The position numbers and the translations under genes were made by a program. The notes below the pieces were generated by a model. That model was not told where the DNA came from and made no database searches. It was given only the letters and a program-made list of their open reading frames with translations. Below are positions 8,297-16,951 of a stretch of 21,884 nt of DNA, piece after piece; position 1 is the stretch's first letter, and every line of letters starts with the position of its first letter. The DNA is from Bacteroidales bacterium (GTDB taxonomy: Bacteria; Bacteroidota; Bacteroidia; Bacteroidales; UBA12077), in NCBI GenBank assembly GCA_028282585.1, contig JANQHR010000012.1, positions 1 through 21,884 on the forward strand. Reading direction: 5' to 3'.

Positions 8297-9778
8297 ATGA
8301 TTATTACTGCCCTTCCCATATTAATTCCTTTTGTGTTGATAGTTATTATGATTATATCAAGATCTCTTGTATTTTCTAAAATAACCGGTATCATTGGGAG
8401 TCTTGGTTTATTGATTTTGTCCGTAATCATATTTTACAAGATAGATAAACAAGGATTCTTGGTACTTAATATGGCTGGATGGAAATCGCCTTATGGAATT
8501 ACCCTGGTGGTTGATTTTTTGAGTGGCCTGATGCTAACAATATCATCAATTATTGTTTTAGCCATTTCGATATATGCATACAAGTCGTTAAGTTTGGAAA
8601 AAGGAGTTACTAAATTTTATGTATTCTTTTTTTCATTAATCATGGGAGTTAATGGTGCATTTATCACAGGTGATGTTTTCAACCTTTACGTTTGGTTCGA
8701 GGTTATGCTTATTTCATCATTTGTTTTAATAACTTTTGGAAAATCAAAAGAACAGCTCGAAGGCGGAATCAAATATTTGGCGCTGAACTTATTAGGATCA
8801 TTATTTTTCTTAGCGGGTTTAGGCTTGTTATATGGCAAAACAGGTACCTTAAATATGGCTCACCTGGCAGATATACTTAGGAATGACAATCAGGTCATAT
8901 TAATGAATACTTCAGCTATTTTGTTTTTTATCGCGTTTGGAATTAAAGCAGCTGTTTTTCCATTATTTTTCTGGTTACCGGCATCATATCATACAGCCAA
9001 TATAACAATCTCATCCTTGTTTGCGGGCCTGTTAACCAAGGTAGGAGTTTATGCGTTTATTCGTTTTTTTACACTGTTTTTTGTGCACGATCAGGCCTTT
9101 TGGCATCAGTTTTTATTAATTATTGCAGGTTTTACAATGGTTATTGGTGGTATGTCGGCATCCATACATTACGATACAAGAAAAATCTTATCTTTCCATA
9201 TCATTAGCCAGATTGGTTATATGATTATGGGATTAGGTATTTATACTCCCTTGGCAATCGCTGGCGCGATATTTTTTACCATACACAACATGATAGCTAA
9301 AACGAATACATTTATAGTGGCCGGGCTAATTTATAAATTGAAAGGATCATTTTACCTGAAAGATGTAGGTGGAATCATCAAACAAAACCCTATGTTAGCT
9401 ATTTTATTTATAATACCAGCCTTTGCTTTAGCTGGAGTACCACCTATATCCGGGTTCTTTGCTAAATTTATTCTTATAAAAGCAGGTATAGATGATGGTC
9501 ATTTTGTAATTGTAATATTAGCTGTGCTTACAGCTTTGCTTACGTTATATTCTATGATAAAAATATGGAACGAAGCGTTCCTTAAAAAACAGCCCGATAA
9601 TGAATTTTCGGGTCAAAACACAGTTTTAAGTTTTGTAGACATGTTGCCATCTATAATTTTAGGGATTATGAGTATTTTAATGGGAATATTTGCATTTAAA
9701 GTATTTGATTTTACAATGCAGGCTGCTGATCAACTGATAGAAGGAACAGGTTATATTAATAATATTTTAAATAAGTAG
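8297..9778 (+). CDS. mrpD: Multisubunit Na+/H+ antiporter subunit D
   Basis: GDVFNLYVWFEVML, IKAAVFPLFFWLPASY, LLTKVGVY and LAGVPPISGFFAK motifs. Confidence 0.95.
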   Translation: MIITALPILIPFVLIVIMIISRSLVFSKITGIIGSLGLLILSVIIFYKIDKQGFLVLNMAGWKSPYGITLVVDFLSGLMLTISSIIVLAISIYAYKSLSLEKGVTKFYVFFFSLIMGVNGAFITGDVFNLYVWFEVMLISSFVLITFGKSKEQLEGGIKYLALNLLGSLFFLAGLGLLYGKTGTLNMAHLADILRNDNQVILMNTSAILFFIAFGIKAAVFPLFFWLPASYHTANITISSLFAGLLTKVGVYAFIRFFTLFFVHDQAFWHQFLLIIAGFTMVIGGMSASIHYDTRKILSFHIISQIGYMIMGLGIYTPLAIAGAIFFTIHNMIAKTNTFIVAGLIYKLKGSFYLKDVGGIIKQNPMLAILFIIPAFALAGVPPISGFFAKFILIKAGIDDGHFVIVILAVLTALLTLYSMIKIWNEAFLKKQPDNEFSGQNTVLSFVDMLPSIILGIMSILMGIFAFKVFDFTMQAADQLIEGTGYINNILNK

Positions 9779-9784
9779 ATTGAA

Positions 9785-10117
9785 ATGCAGATATTAAAGA
9801 AAACATATTATGCGTTGGAATTTGTGCTTTTCTATTTTGTAAAACTAGTGCAATCCAATATTTATATTGCATTTGATATATTAACACCTAATCTGAAAAT
9901 TTCCCCGGGTATTGTGAAAGTGCCATTGAACATTAGCTCCGATTTTGGATTGTTGGCTTTTTCCAATTTACTCTCCATGACTCCAGGTACTTTGACAGTT
10001 GATATCAGCGAGGATAAAAAAGTAATTATAGTACATGTTTTATATAGTAAAAATAGAGAAGTTGTGATGTTCGAAATAGATCAGGTACAGCAAAAAATAA
10101 AAAAAATCTTTAATTAA
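9785..10117 (+). CDS. mrpE: Multisubunit Na+/H+ antiporter subunit E (short form)
   Basis: NLLSMTPGTLTVD motif and HVL; position between mrpD and mrpF. Confidence 0.9.
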   Translation: MQILKKTYYALEFVLFYFVKLVQSNIYIAFDILTPNLKISPGIVKVPLNISSDFGLLAFSNLLSMTPGTLTVDISEDKKVIIVHVLYSKNREVVMFEIDQVQQKIKKIFN

Positions 10118-10119
10118 TT

Positions 10120-10392
10120 ATGGAAGCAGGTTTTCCAAATGTATGTTTAATTATATCCTTTCTATTCTTGTTAGGTGCTTTGATCATCAGCTTATTTAGG
10201 TTAATAACGGGACCTACAATTTATGATCGAATTGTTTCTCTTGATTTGATAGCTTCTATCGTAATGGGATTTATCTTATTGTATAGTATTGTAGTAAATA
10301 AAGCCATTTATTTTGACGTAGTAATTGTTATTTCATTAATAGCTTTTATTGGAACAGTTTCAATTTCAACTTATTTAAAAACAAAAAAATGA
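10120..10392 (+). CDS. mrpF: Multisubunit Na+/H+ antiporter subunit F
   Basis: RLITGPTIYDRIVSLD and FIGTVS motifs. Confidence 0.92.
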   Translation: MEAGFPNVCLIISFLFLLGALIISLFRLITGPTIYDRIVSLDLIASIVMGFILLYSIVVNKAIYFDVVIVISLIAFIGTVSISTYLKTKK

Positions 10393-10676
10393 CAGGTATA
10401 GTTGTATCAATATTAATACTATTAGGGAGTGCTTTTATATTTATAGCATCGCTGGGGTTATTTCGTTTTAGTGACCTTTACAGTAGGATGCATGCCAGTA
10501 CAAAAGCCACTTCGTTTGGAATCTTACTAATTGTAATTGGAATTGGAATATTTTTTAATACAGCAATTATATGGCTTAAAGCCTTTTTAGTGGTTATATT
10601 TATATATTTAACAGCACCACTTGCCGCACATTCCATTGCCAAATCTTTCGGAGATAAAAAAAAGAATAATGATTAG
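10389..10676 (+). CDS. mrpG: Multisubunit Na+/H+ antiporter subunit G
   Basis: GLFRFSDLYSRMHASTK and LTAPLAAH motifs; ATGA overlap with mrpF. Confidence 0.92.
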   Translation: MTGIVVSILILLGSAFIFIASLGLFRFSDLYSRMHASTKATSFGILLIVIGIGIFFNTAIIWLKAFLVVIFIYLTAPLAAHSIAKSFGDKKKNND

Positions 10677-11107
10677 TGCTGTTTTTCTTCTTTTTTAAGT
10701 TTGATTTTAAAATCTGCTTTTTTTATCAAAAAATAAGTTATACCTAAAGCTACTGTCATTATTGCGACGCTAATTAATTCTTCGGTTGAATATTTATTGA
10801 AATCCCAAACAATAGCTTTTCTTGCAATAGCTATAATTGCTATCAATATAATAAACTCTACATGTACAATGTCATCTTTAAGATAAGCTTTAATGGTTTC
10901 TAATAATTCCAGCCCTATAAGTAAAACTAGAAACAAACTAAATAAACTCATTAATCCGTTAGCATCGATTATAAATATGGGCTCTTCTATAATTTTCTGC
11001 TTGATTTCATAAACAATATCTATAAATGCCAACAGTATAATAGTTAGCATGACAATCAGAATTCCCCAAATTATTAGTTTCTCTACACTTCTAATAAACC
11101 CCAGCAT
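10673..11107 (-). CDS. Phosphate-starvation-inducible PsiE-family membrane protein
   Basis: Four TM segments with LLIGLELLETIKAYL...IAIIAIARKAIV signature. ATG at 11107 preferred (alternative TTG at 11140). Convergent with mrpG, 4-nt overlap. Confidence 0.8.
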   Translation of the reverse strand: MLGFIRSVEKLIIWGILIVMLTIILLAFIDIVYEIKQKIIEEPIFIIDANGLMSLFSLFLVLLIGLELLETIKAYLKDDIVHVEFIILIAIIAIARKAIVWDFNKYSTEELISVAIMTVALGITYFLIKKADFKIKLKKEEKQH

Positions 11108-11195
11108 TTCGTTTAAAGAATTAGTTTGTTTGTAAAACAAACGTTAAAAATAATTGTTTAGTTTTAATATATAACAATGATTAAAGAAAATTATT

Positions 11196-12332
11196 ATGAA
11201 ATTACTGGAAAATATATTATTGCCCACCGACTTAAGCGCTTCCTCAGAAAAAGCTGTTGAAGCTTCAATTCAGTTAGCGAAAGCATTTAAATCAAGGATT
11301 ACATTGTTACATGTTTATTCAGAAGAAAATTTTCCGGAAGAAACAGAAAAATTCCTAGAAATTGTAATCAAAGAGAATCTTGAGAAAATTAAAACTAAAA
11401 TTATTGAGGCTGATATTGAGGTAGCAGACGTTATTATGGAAAGGGGCGTAGCATTTGAAAAGATAATTCAAATAGCACAAGATAGAGATGTTAATGTTAT
11501 AATGGTCGGCTCGGGTAGTAAAAAAGAAAATGATAATTTCAAGTTAGGCACAACAGTTGAGAAATTAATGCGTAAAAATCAAATTCCGCTTTGGGTTGTA
11601 AAAAACGAAGCTGTTAAACCCATTCAAAGGATCCTATGTCCGGTTGATTTTTCCAACTCTTCTATAAGAGCATTTCAGAATGCTGTTACTTTAGCTGAAA
11701 GGTTTAAAGCCGAATTAAACCTTATACATGTTGTTGAGCCAGTTAAGAACACTTCTGCAAGGTTAAGTGTAAATGTTAAGGAAGAAAATCAAAGACGAAG
11801 AGATTTAAAGAAAAAAGAACTGAATAATTTCCTGTCTAATTACCAATTGCATCATATGAAATTGACTAAAGAGTTGTTAATGGGAGAACCTTTTTTGGAA
11901 ATACTTAGATATGCCAAACGAAATAAGTCCGATTTGCTGATTATGGGTACAACAGGAAAAACAGGCTTAAGCAAACTTTTAATGGGTAGCGTCACCGAAA
12001 AAGTTACTCGTGAATTGCCAGCTAGCTTTGTTACTACAAAAGCCAAAGACATAACCGATAATTATCTTGAAAGCAATTTGAAAGGGATTGAGTCCATATT
12101 AAATCCGGCGAAATCTTTACTTAAGAAAGGAAAATATGAGCCGGCGATTGAAAAGTTCTTAATAGGGATAAAGCAATATCCTGATAATATACCGATGTTA
12201 AAAGGCATTATAAAAGCATACGAAGCAGCAGGAAATGAAAAAAAGGCAAATTATTATAAAGATTATATGAAGGAAGTAGTTGAAAGAATTTGGGGTGATG
12301 AATATATTAACATGATCAATTTAGATGAATAA
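11196..12332 (+). CDS. Tandem USP-domain protein with C-terminal TPR-like extension
   Basis: NILLPTDLS and RILCPVDFS domain starts; ATP motif G-2x-G-9x-GS (GTTGKTGLSKLLMGS); tail AKSLLKKGKYEPAIEKF...YPDN...AYEAAGNEKKA is TPR-like. Confidence 0.9.
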   Translation: MKLLENILLPTDLSASSEKAVEASIQLAKAFKSRITLLHVYSEENFPEETEKFLEIVIKENLEKIKTKIIEADIEVADVIMERGVAFEKIIQIAQDRDVNVIMVGSGSKKENDNFKLGTTVEKLMRKNQIPLWVVKNEAVKPIQRILCPVDFSNSSIRAFQNAVTLAERFKAELNLIHVVEPVKNTSARLSVNVKEENQRRRDLKKKELNNFLSNYQLHHMKLTKELLMGEPFLEILRYAKRNKSDLLIMGTTGKTGLSKLLMGSVTEKVTRELPASFVTTKAKDITDNYLESNLKGIESILNPAKSLLKKGKYEPAIEKFLIGIKQYPDNIPMLKGIIKAYEAAGNEKKANYYKDYMKEVVERIWGDEYINMINLDE

Positions 12333-12374
12333 AAAGGTAGTTAATAATTTAGAAAAGTTGCTATGTATCATGAA

Positions 12375-13781
12375 TCAAAATAATTTCATTTGGTGCTCAT
12401 TGCCTGGTTTTAGTGATTGATTTTTAGCGCTTTTTCTCTGAATGACTTTCCCACCCTTCGTAGTTTTGGATTTACTTTGAACCATTTTTTCAATTATGCC
12501 CCCTCCAAAAATATTTGTCTGACCGATTATCTGATTTATTTCACCGGGATTAAATATAGAGACGGCACCATACTTACCATCGTAACCTCCTTTTGGATTC
12601 ACTTCGTGGTTACGTAATCTTCTTATAGCTTCAGCGAGCAGCTCGCCTGCCTTAGATTTTATCTCTTCATAAGGGATAGTATGCAATAAATCAAATTCGT
12701 TACCGAAAGTGGAAATGATTTTTGTAAAAGTTTGTTGCACAGTTTTTGTATTTGGGGCTGTGCCAGCAAATTCTCCAATTATTTCGGGCAAAGGGATTAT
12801 GTATTTAAAACCTGGCGATCCTTGTGGTTTTTGAGGTTTTTCCCTGTCTGCCAATTTTTCGACCCTATGTAATACACCTATGGTCAGAGGCTTTTTGCAT
12901 TTAGGACAAATATTGTTAAACTTAAGACTTTCTTGCGGTTCCAGGCAAATACTACAATTCCTGTGACCATCCATATGGTATTTCCCTTCTTCAGGGAAGA
13001 ATTCGTAAGTACCCAGAAAACCTTTTTTTGTTTTTAAAGCCTTAAATATATCGTAATAAGACATTTCTGTATCAAAGATATTCGCTTCTCTGCCAAGCTT
13101 TTGTGGTGAGTGGGCATCAGAATTGGAAATCAACGTATATTTATCCAAAGAGGATAGTTTCCAGTTCATGGCCGGATCAGAAGATAAACCGGTTTCAAGT
13201 GCAAAAATATGTTCCGATAAATCCCGGAAACACTCTTCAATACTATCGTATCCTGCTTTCGATCCAAGAGTAGAGAACCAAGGCGTCCAAATGTGGGCTG
13301 GAATAAGGTGAGCATCTTCTGATTTTTCGAGTACGATCTCCAGCAAGTCCCTTGATGATAATCCCAATATTGGCCTGCCATCCGAAGCCAAATTGCCGAT
13401 TTGGTTTAAATGGATATTTATTTTTTTTACTGTCTCAAAATCAGGAGCCACTAAAATGCTATGATTTTTTCTGACTTTTTCGCCATATTTGTAAACAGAT
13501 GAAATTTCCGCGCTAAGACAAAAAAATATATCTAGATCCTTAGTTTTAATATTTGGTAAGTTTTGTTCTTTTGGAGGGCTTTTTAATCGAAACAAACCGT
13601 TTCCTGCCGATTCGAGTTTTTCTTCTAACTCTTGTATCCACAAAGGGTGCGTAAAATCACCGGTACCAATAACATGGATACCTTTTATTTTTGCCCATTG
13701 GTATAGCGATTCAAGATTAAGGTTTTTACTTGTGGCCCTTGAATGATAAGAGTGGAGGTGAAAATCTGCAAAAAACTTCAT
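12375..13781 (-). CDS. PHP-domain endonuclease Q family protein (TIGR00375/YqxK-like)
   Basis: DFHLHSYHSRATS, GTGDFTHP, PAHIWTPWFS, ETGLSSD, SNSDAHSP, GKYH and zinc-ribbon CSIC...CPKC. Start at ATG 13781 (MKFFADFHLH) preferred. Confidence 0.85.
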   Translation of the reverse strand: MKFFADFHLHSYHSRATSKNLNLESLYQWAKIKGIHVIGTGDFTHPLWIQELEEKLESAGNGLFRLKSPPKEQNLPNIKTKDLDIFFCLSAEISSVYKYGEKVRKNHSILVAPDFETVKKINIHLNQIGNLASDGRPILGLSSRDLLEIVLEKSEDAHLIPAHIWTPWFSTLGSKAGYDSIEECFRDLSEHIFALETGLSSDPAMNWKLSSLDKYTLISNSDAHSPQKLGREANIFDTEMSYYDIFKALKTKKGFLGTYEFFPEEGKYHMDGHRNCSICLEPQESLKFNNICPKCKKPLTIGVLHRVEKLADREKPQKPQGSPGFKYIIPLPEIIGEFAGTAPNTKTVQQTFTKIISTFGNEFDLLHTIPYEEIKSKAGELLAEAIRRLRNHEVNPKGGYDGKYGAVSIFNPGEINQIIGQTNIFGGGIIEKMVQSKSKTTKGGKVIQRKSAKNQSLKPGNEHQMKLF

Positions 13782-14121
13782 GCCGGATAAAATTAATAAA
13801 GGTATAAGAATCAAAACGAAATTATTATCTTATTTTCTTTTAAACAAGATAGAAACCATTATGTTCTTTATAATTCAATGTCTTACTTTTAATAGCTTAA
13901 GAACAGAAAGAAGAATTAAAAAATGTTTAGTGAGGAATACAATGCATTTTTCAAGTTTCAAAGAATACGAAAAAAACCAAAGAAATCATAGACGCTTGTA
14001 ACAAGGAAGGATTTTATTTTTGCTTCTAAAACATTGTATATTTTAAACTGTACTAATAAATTAATCATTTTTTATAGCTCTGAAAGAACTAGTAATCCAT
14101 TTTTTACCTAAAATCAATAAT

Positions 14122-15231
14122 TCATTTGTCCCAATAGCGATTTAAAATTTCATTTTTATACGCCGTATAAAACTTCACTTTTTGTTGATTTTCCTTAGAT
14201 GTATATGAGCTGATCAATCCATTTATAATAGGAATATTATCAGGATATTGTCTAAGTCCTATTAAAAACTTATCTATTGCTTCGTTAAACTTCCCTTTTT
14301 TTAACAGTACCCTTGCAGGAATAAGGATTGACTCTACACCTTGCAAGTAGCTTTCCAGAAAATCATCGGTAATATCCTGTTCTTTGGTTGTTATTAAACT
14401 ACAAGGCAGTTCTCTGGTCACTTTTTCGGTGGTACTACCCATTAATAACCTGCTGATACCTGTTTTACCGGTAGTGCCCATAAGCAATAAATCAGCTTTT
14501 TGTTTTTCAATAGTTTTAATAATTTCTATATTCGGATTATTTCCCTTTAATAATTCTTTTGTGTAAGCTATTGATTTTAAATTAAAATTGGCCAGAAAAT
14601 TAGAAAAAGCAGCTTTTCTTTCTTTAAAAAGATTTTCATTTTGCGCATTTATACGTGAGCCTAGCCTGATTGAGCTTTCCCCGTAAGGCGTAAATATATG
14701 TATTATAGATAAATGTGCATTGAACGACCTGGCAAGAATAATCGCATTTTGCAATGCACGTTTGGAAGGGTTTGAAAAATCAACGGGGCATAAAATGTTT
14801 TTTATTGGTTTCACGGGTTCATTTTTTACAACCCAAAGCGGTATCTGGTTTTTTCGCATAAGCTTTTCGACGGTTGTTCCTAACTTAAAATTATCATCAT
14901 GCGATTTTAAACCGGAACCAACCATGATAACATTTACATTTTTCTTTTGGGCAACCTGAATGATTTTTTCGAAAGCTATTCCTTTTTCTATGATAACATC
15001 TGGGATATCAAGACCTTCTTTAAAAATTCTTACCTTTATTTCAGAGATCCTATTATAAGTATAAATTTCAATTTTTTTTTCGGTTTCCTTTGTGAGAGTT
15101 TCACTCGAAGATACATGTATTATTGAGATACTGGAATTAAATACTTTTGCTAATTGAATTGAAATATCAATTGCTCTGTCAGAAGATTCGCTAAAATCTA
15201 CAGCTACTAATATGTTTTTAAGTAATTTCAT
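14122..15231 (-). CDS. Tandem USP-domain protein with C-terminal TPR-like extension (paralogue of 11196..12332)
   Basis: Same architecture; shares the identical block DNFKLGTTVEKLMRKNQIPLWVVKNE and has GTTGKTGISRLLMGS. Confidence 0.9.
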   Translation of the reverse strand: MKLLKNILVAVDFSESSDRAIDISIQLAKVFNSSISIIHVSSSETLTKETEKKIEIYTYNRISEIKVRIFKEGLDIPDVIIEKGIAFEKIIQVAQKKNVNVIMVGSGLKSHDDNFKLGTTVEKLMRKNQIPLWVVKNEPVKPIKNILCPVDFSNPSKRALQNAIILARSFNAHLSIIHIFTPYGESSIRLGSRINAQNENLFKERKAAFSNFLANFNLKSIAYTKELLKGNNPNIEIIKTIEKQKADLLLMGTTGKTGISRLLMGSTTEKVTRELPCSLITTKEQDITDDFLESYLQGVESILIPARVLLKKGKFNEAIDKFLIGLRQYPDNIPIINGLISSYTSKENQQKVKFYTAYKNEILNRYWDK

Positions 15232-15514
15232 CGCTATCCGTTTTAGTTATAATATGAATTGAAAAAAATATGACACTAGCAATAGCTAAATGAGTAAAAA
15301 TCCATAATTGAATAAAATTAACTGAAAAAGTAAAGGCAAGAATTAGTCCACTAGTAGATATTAAAAGGTATAGGTTATACTTTTTTGTATTCCTACCTTC
15401 AATTAAGGGGGTTATTGCAGATATAAATGTAAAGATGACAATTCGGGATATAGCTAAACCAACTCTAAAAAATAGTTTGGAGCTTCTGGAATTTATATAA
15501 AATAATAACATCAT
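15218..15514 (-). pseudogene. Small hydrophobic ORF, possible degenerate fragment of an MrpA/MrpD/NuoL-family subunit
   Basis: NTKKYNLYLLISTSGLILAFTFSVNFIQLWIF aligns by eye to MrpA NTDRFFFFLFLFSGAMLGLVLSENLIQLFIF, but the conserved WE is absent; overlaps the USP start by 14 nt. Confidence 0.35.
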
Positions 15515-15561
15515 TTTAGTTAGTAATTTAAAAATAGAATGCTATTAAGCAGGAATTATTT

Positions 15562-15580
15562 AATTAAATTATATTTAATT
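15562..15580. promoter_or_regulatory. Palindromic operator-like site 1 (AATTAAAT-N3-ATTTAATT)
   Basis: AATTAAATTATATTTAATT, repeated identically at 15683-15701. Confidence 0.6.
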
Positions 15581-15644
15581 CGTCAGGTAAAAAATATAGA
15601 TGCTGTCTGTTTGTTGTTTAATTATGTCAAATTAATTTTTATAA

Positions 15645-15652
15645 TAACTTTG
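15645..15652 (+). promoter_or_regulatory. Promoter -7 box for the XRE regulator
   Basis: TAACTTTG(CA) matches TAnnTTTG, about 90 nt before the ATG at 15744 and bracketed by operator copies. Confidence 0.5.
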
Positions 15653-15682
15653 CAGTTGTTTCATAACAATATTTGCAAATAT

Positions 15683-15720
15683 AATTAAATTATATTTAAT
15701 TTGTGAAATTATATTTAATT
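15683..15720. promoter_or_regulatory. Tandem operator-like sites 2 and 3
   Basis: AATTAAATTATATTTAATT (15683-15701) immediately followed by TGTGAAATTATATTTAATT (15702-15720). Confidence 0.6.
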
Positions 15721-15743
15721 TACAAAATTATAAGATTAGCGTA

Positions 15744-16298
15744 ATGCATAGAATGGGTGATAGAATAAAGAAAATTAGAGAGAATTTAAACATTCAGACT
15801 AATGATTTAGCAAAAGAGGTGGGTGTTACACCAAGCTTAATTTCTCAAATCGAAAGGGCAAAAGCTTTCCCATCAATAATCACTCTTAAAAAGATTGCAG
15901 ATGCTCTTCAGACTACAGTTGGAGAATTAATAGGCGAAACAGAAACGTTGATAGAAAACCCATTACTGAAATATAGAGAAAGAAAATTCGTTAAGGAAAA
16001 TGGTAATGGAGCCAGGCTGTTTTTATTATCACATCATGATCCACATAAACATATGGATCCTTTTATTATTGAGTTTAATCAGGATGCGGATTCTAAGGAT
16101 ATAATGACTACCATTAATCCGTGCCAAGAATATTGTTTTGTAATTAAAGGAAGTTTTGAAGTAGTATTGAGTAGTAGAAAATACACGTTAAATGAGGGTG
16201 ACAGCTTTTATTTTAATTCAAATCAGTATCATTTATTTAAAAATATAGGTAATGAAAATGCTCAATTGTTATGGGTTGTAAATCAAAATGCGACTTAA
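15744..16298 (+). CDS. XRE-family HTH transcriptional regulator with C-terminal cupin domain (PuuR-like architecture)
   Basis: IKKIRE...LAKEVGVTPSLISQIERAKAFPSIITLKKIADAL HTH; cupin EYCFVIKG...LNEGDSFYFNSNQYHLFKN. Confidence 0.92.
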   Translation: MHRMGDRIKKIRENLNIQTNDLAKEVGVTPSLISQIERAKAFPSIITLKKIADALQTTVGELIGETETLIENPLLKYRERKFVKENGNGARLFLLSHHDPHKHMDPFIIEFNQDADSKDIMTTINPCQEYCFVIKGSFEVVLSSRKYTLNEGDSFYFNSNQYHLFKNIGNENAQLLWVVNQNAT

Positions 16299-16314
16299 AA
16301 AAATTTATGTACAT

Positions 16315-16333
16315 AATTAAATAATACTTAATC
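16315..16333. promoter_or_regulatory. Operator-like site 4
   Basis: AATTAAATAATACTTAATC, same dyad and spacing as sites 1-2. Confidence 0.5.
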
Positions 16334-16425
16334 AAATAAAAAATACTTAAATGAAAAAAATCAATAAGGAAAATTAAAATCTAAAGTAAGTCATTGATAA
16401 AGAATGCAAATTTTTTTATACAAAT

Positions 16426-16444
16426 AATTAAATAATATTTAAAA
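16426..16444. promoter_or_regulatory. Operator-like site 5
   Basis: AATTAAATAATATTTAAAA, ending 21 nt upstream of the purE ATG. Confidence 0.5.
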
Positions 16445-16465
16445 AACTAAAATAAATTTAATAAA

Positions 16466-16948
16466 ATGAAAAAGGTAGTTATTATAATGGGATCTAAAAG
16501 TGATCTTGATTGGGCAAAAAAAATAGTTAATACATTAGAAAAGTTTGAAATAGAAACTGCAATACATGCTGCTTCGGCTCATAAGGTTCCTTTAAAATGT
16601 TATGATTTAATTAAGAAGTACGAAAAAGAAAATGTTGTTTTCATAACAATTGCCGGTATGAGTAATGCACTTAGTGGATTTTCCGATGCACAAACCTATT
16701 GTCCGGTAATTGCCTGTCCTCCATACAGTGACAAATTTGGTGGTGGTGATTTGTTTTCAAGCGTTCGCATGCCATCCGGAGTTGCTCCGTTAACGATTTT
16801 AAGTCCTGAAAATGCTGCTTTGGCTGCTGCTAAAATAATAGGTTTAGCAAATACCGATATACAAAAAAAGGTCTCTGAATATCAAGCCAAAAAAAGAGAA
16901 GAATTGGAAAAAGCAGATGATGAGATACAAAAAAACAAGGAGAGTTAA
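16466..16948 (+). CDS. purE: AIR carboxylase, class II PurE-type
   Basis: IIMGSKSD, SAHK, ITIAGMSNALSGF, PVIACPP, SSVRMPSG and NAALAAAKI motifs. Confidence 0.9.
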   Translation: MKKVVIIMGSKSDLDWAKKIVNTLEKFEIETAIHAASAHKVPLKCYDLIKKYEKENVVFITIAGMSNALSGFSDAQTYCPVIACPPYSDKFGGGDLFSSVRMPSGVAPLTILSPENAALAAAKIIGLANTDIQKKVSEYQAKKREELEKADDEIQKNKES

Positions 16949-16951
16949 TAT

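Noticed and set aside
4884-8880. Short ORFs 4884-5120, 6271-6561, 7944-8237 and 8692-8880
   Set aside because: Alternative-frame or antisense shadows of the USP and mrp genes, with no motifs.
12417-14001. ORFs 12417-12617, 13123-13311, 13166-13381 and 13780-14001
   Set aside because: They lie within the EndoQ-like gene or its AT-rich upstream region and show no coding features.
11852-14959. Mutually similar ORFs 11852-12052 and 14384-14566, plus 14720-14959
   Set aside because: Antisense shadows of the two USP paralogues; the similarity is inherited from the sense genes.
15560-16445. AT-rich repeats as a CRISPR array or replication origin
   Set aside because: Repeats are 19 nt, irregularly spaced and split by a gene; no cas, rep or dnaA genes. 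An operator explanation fits better.
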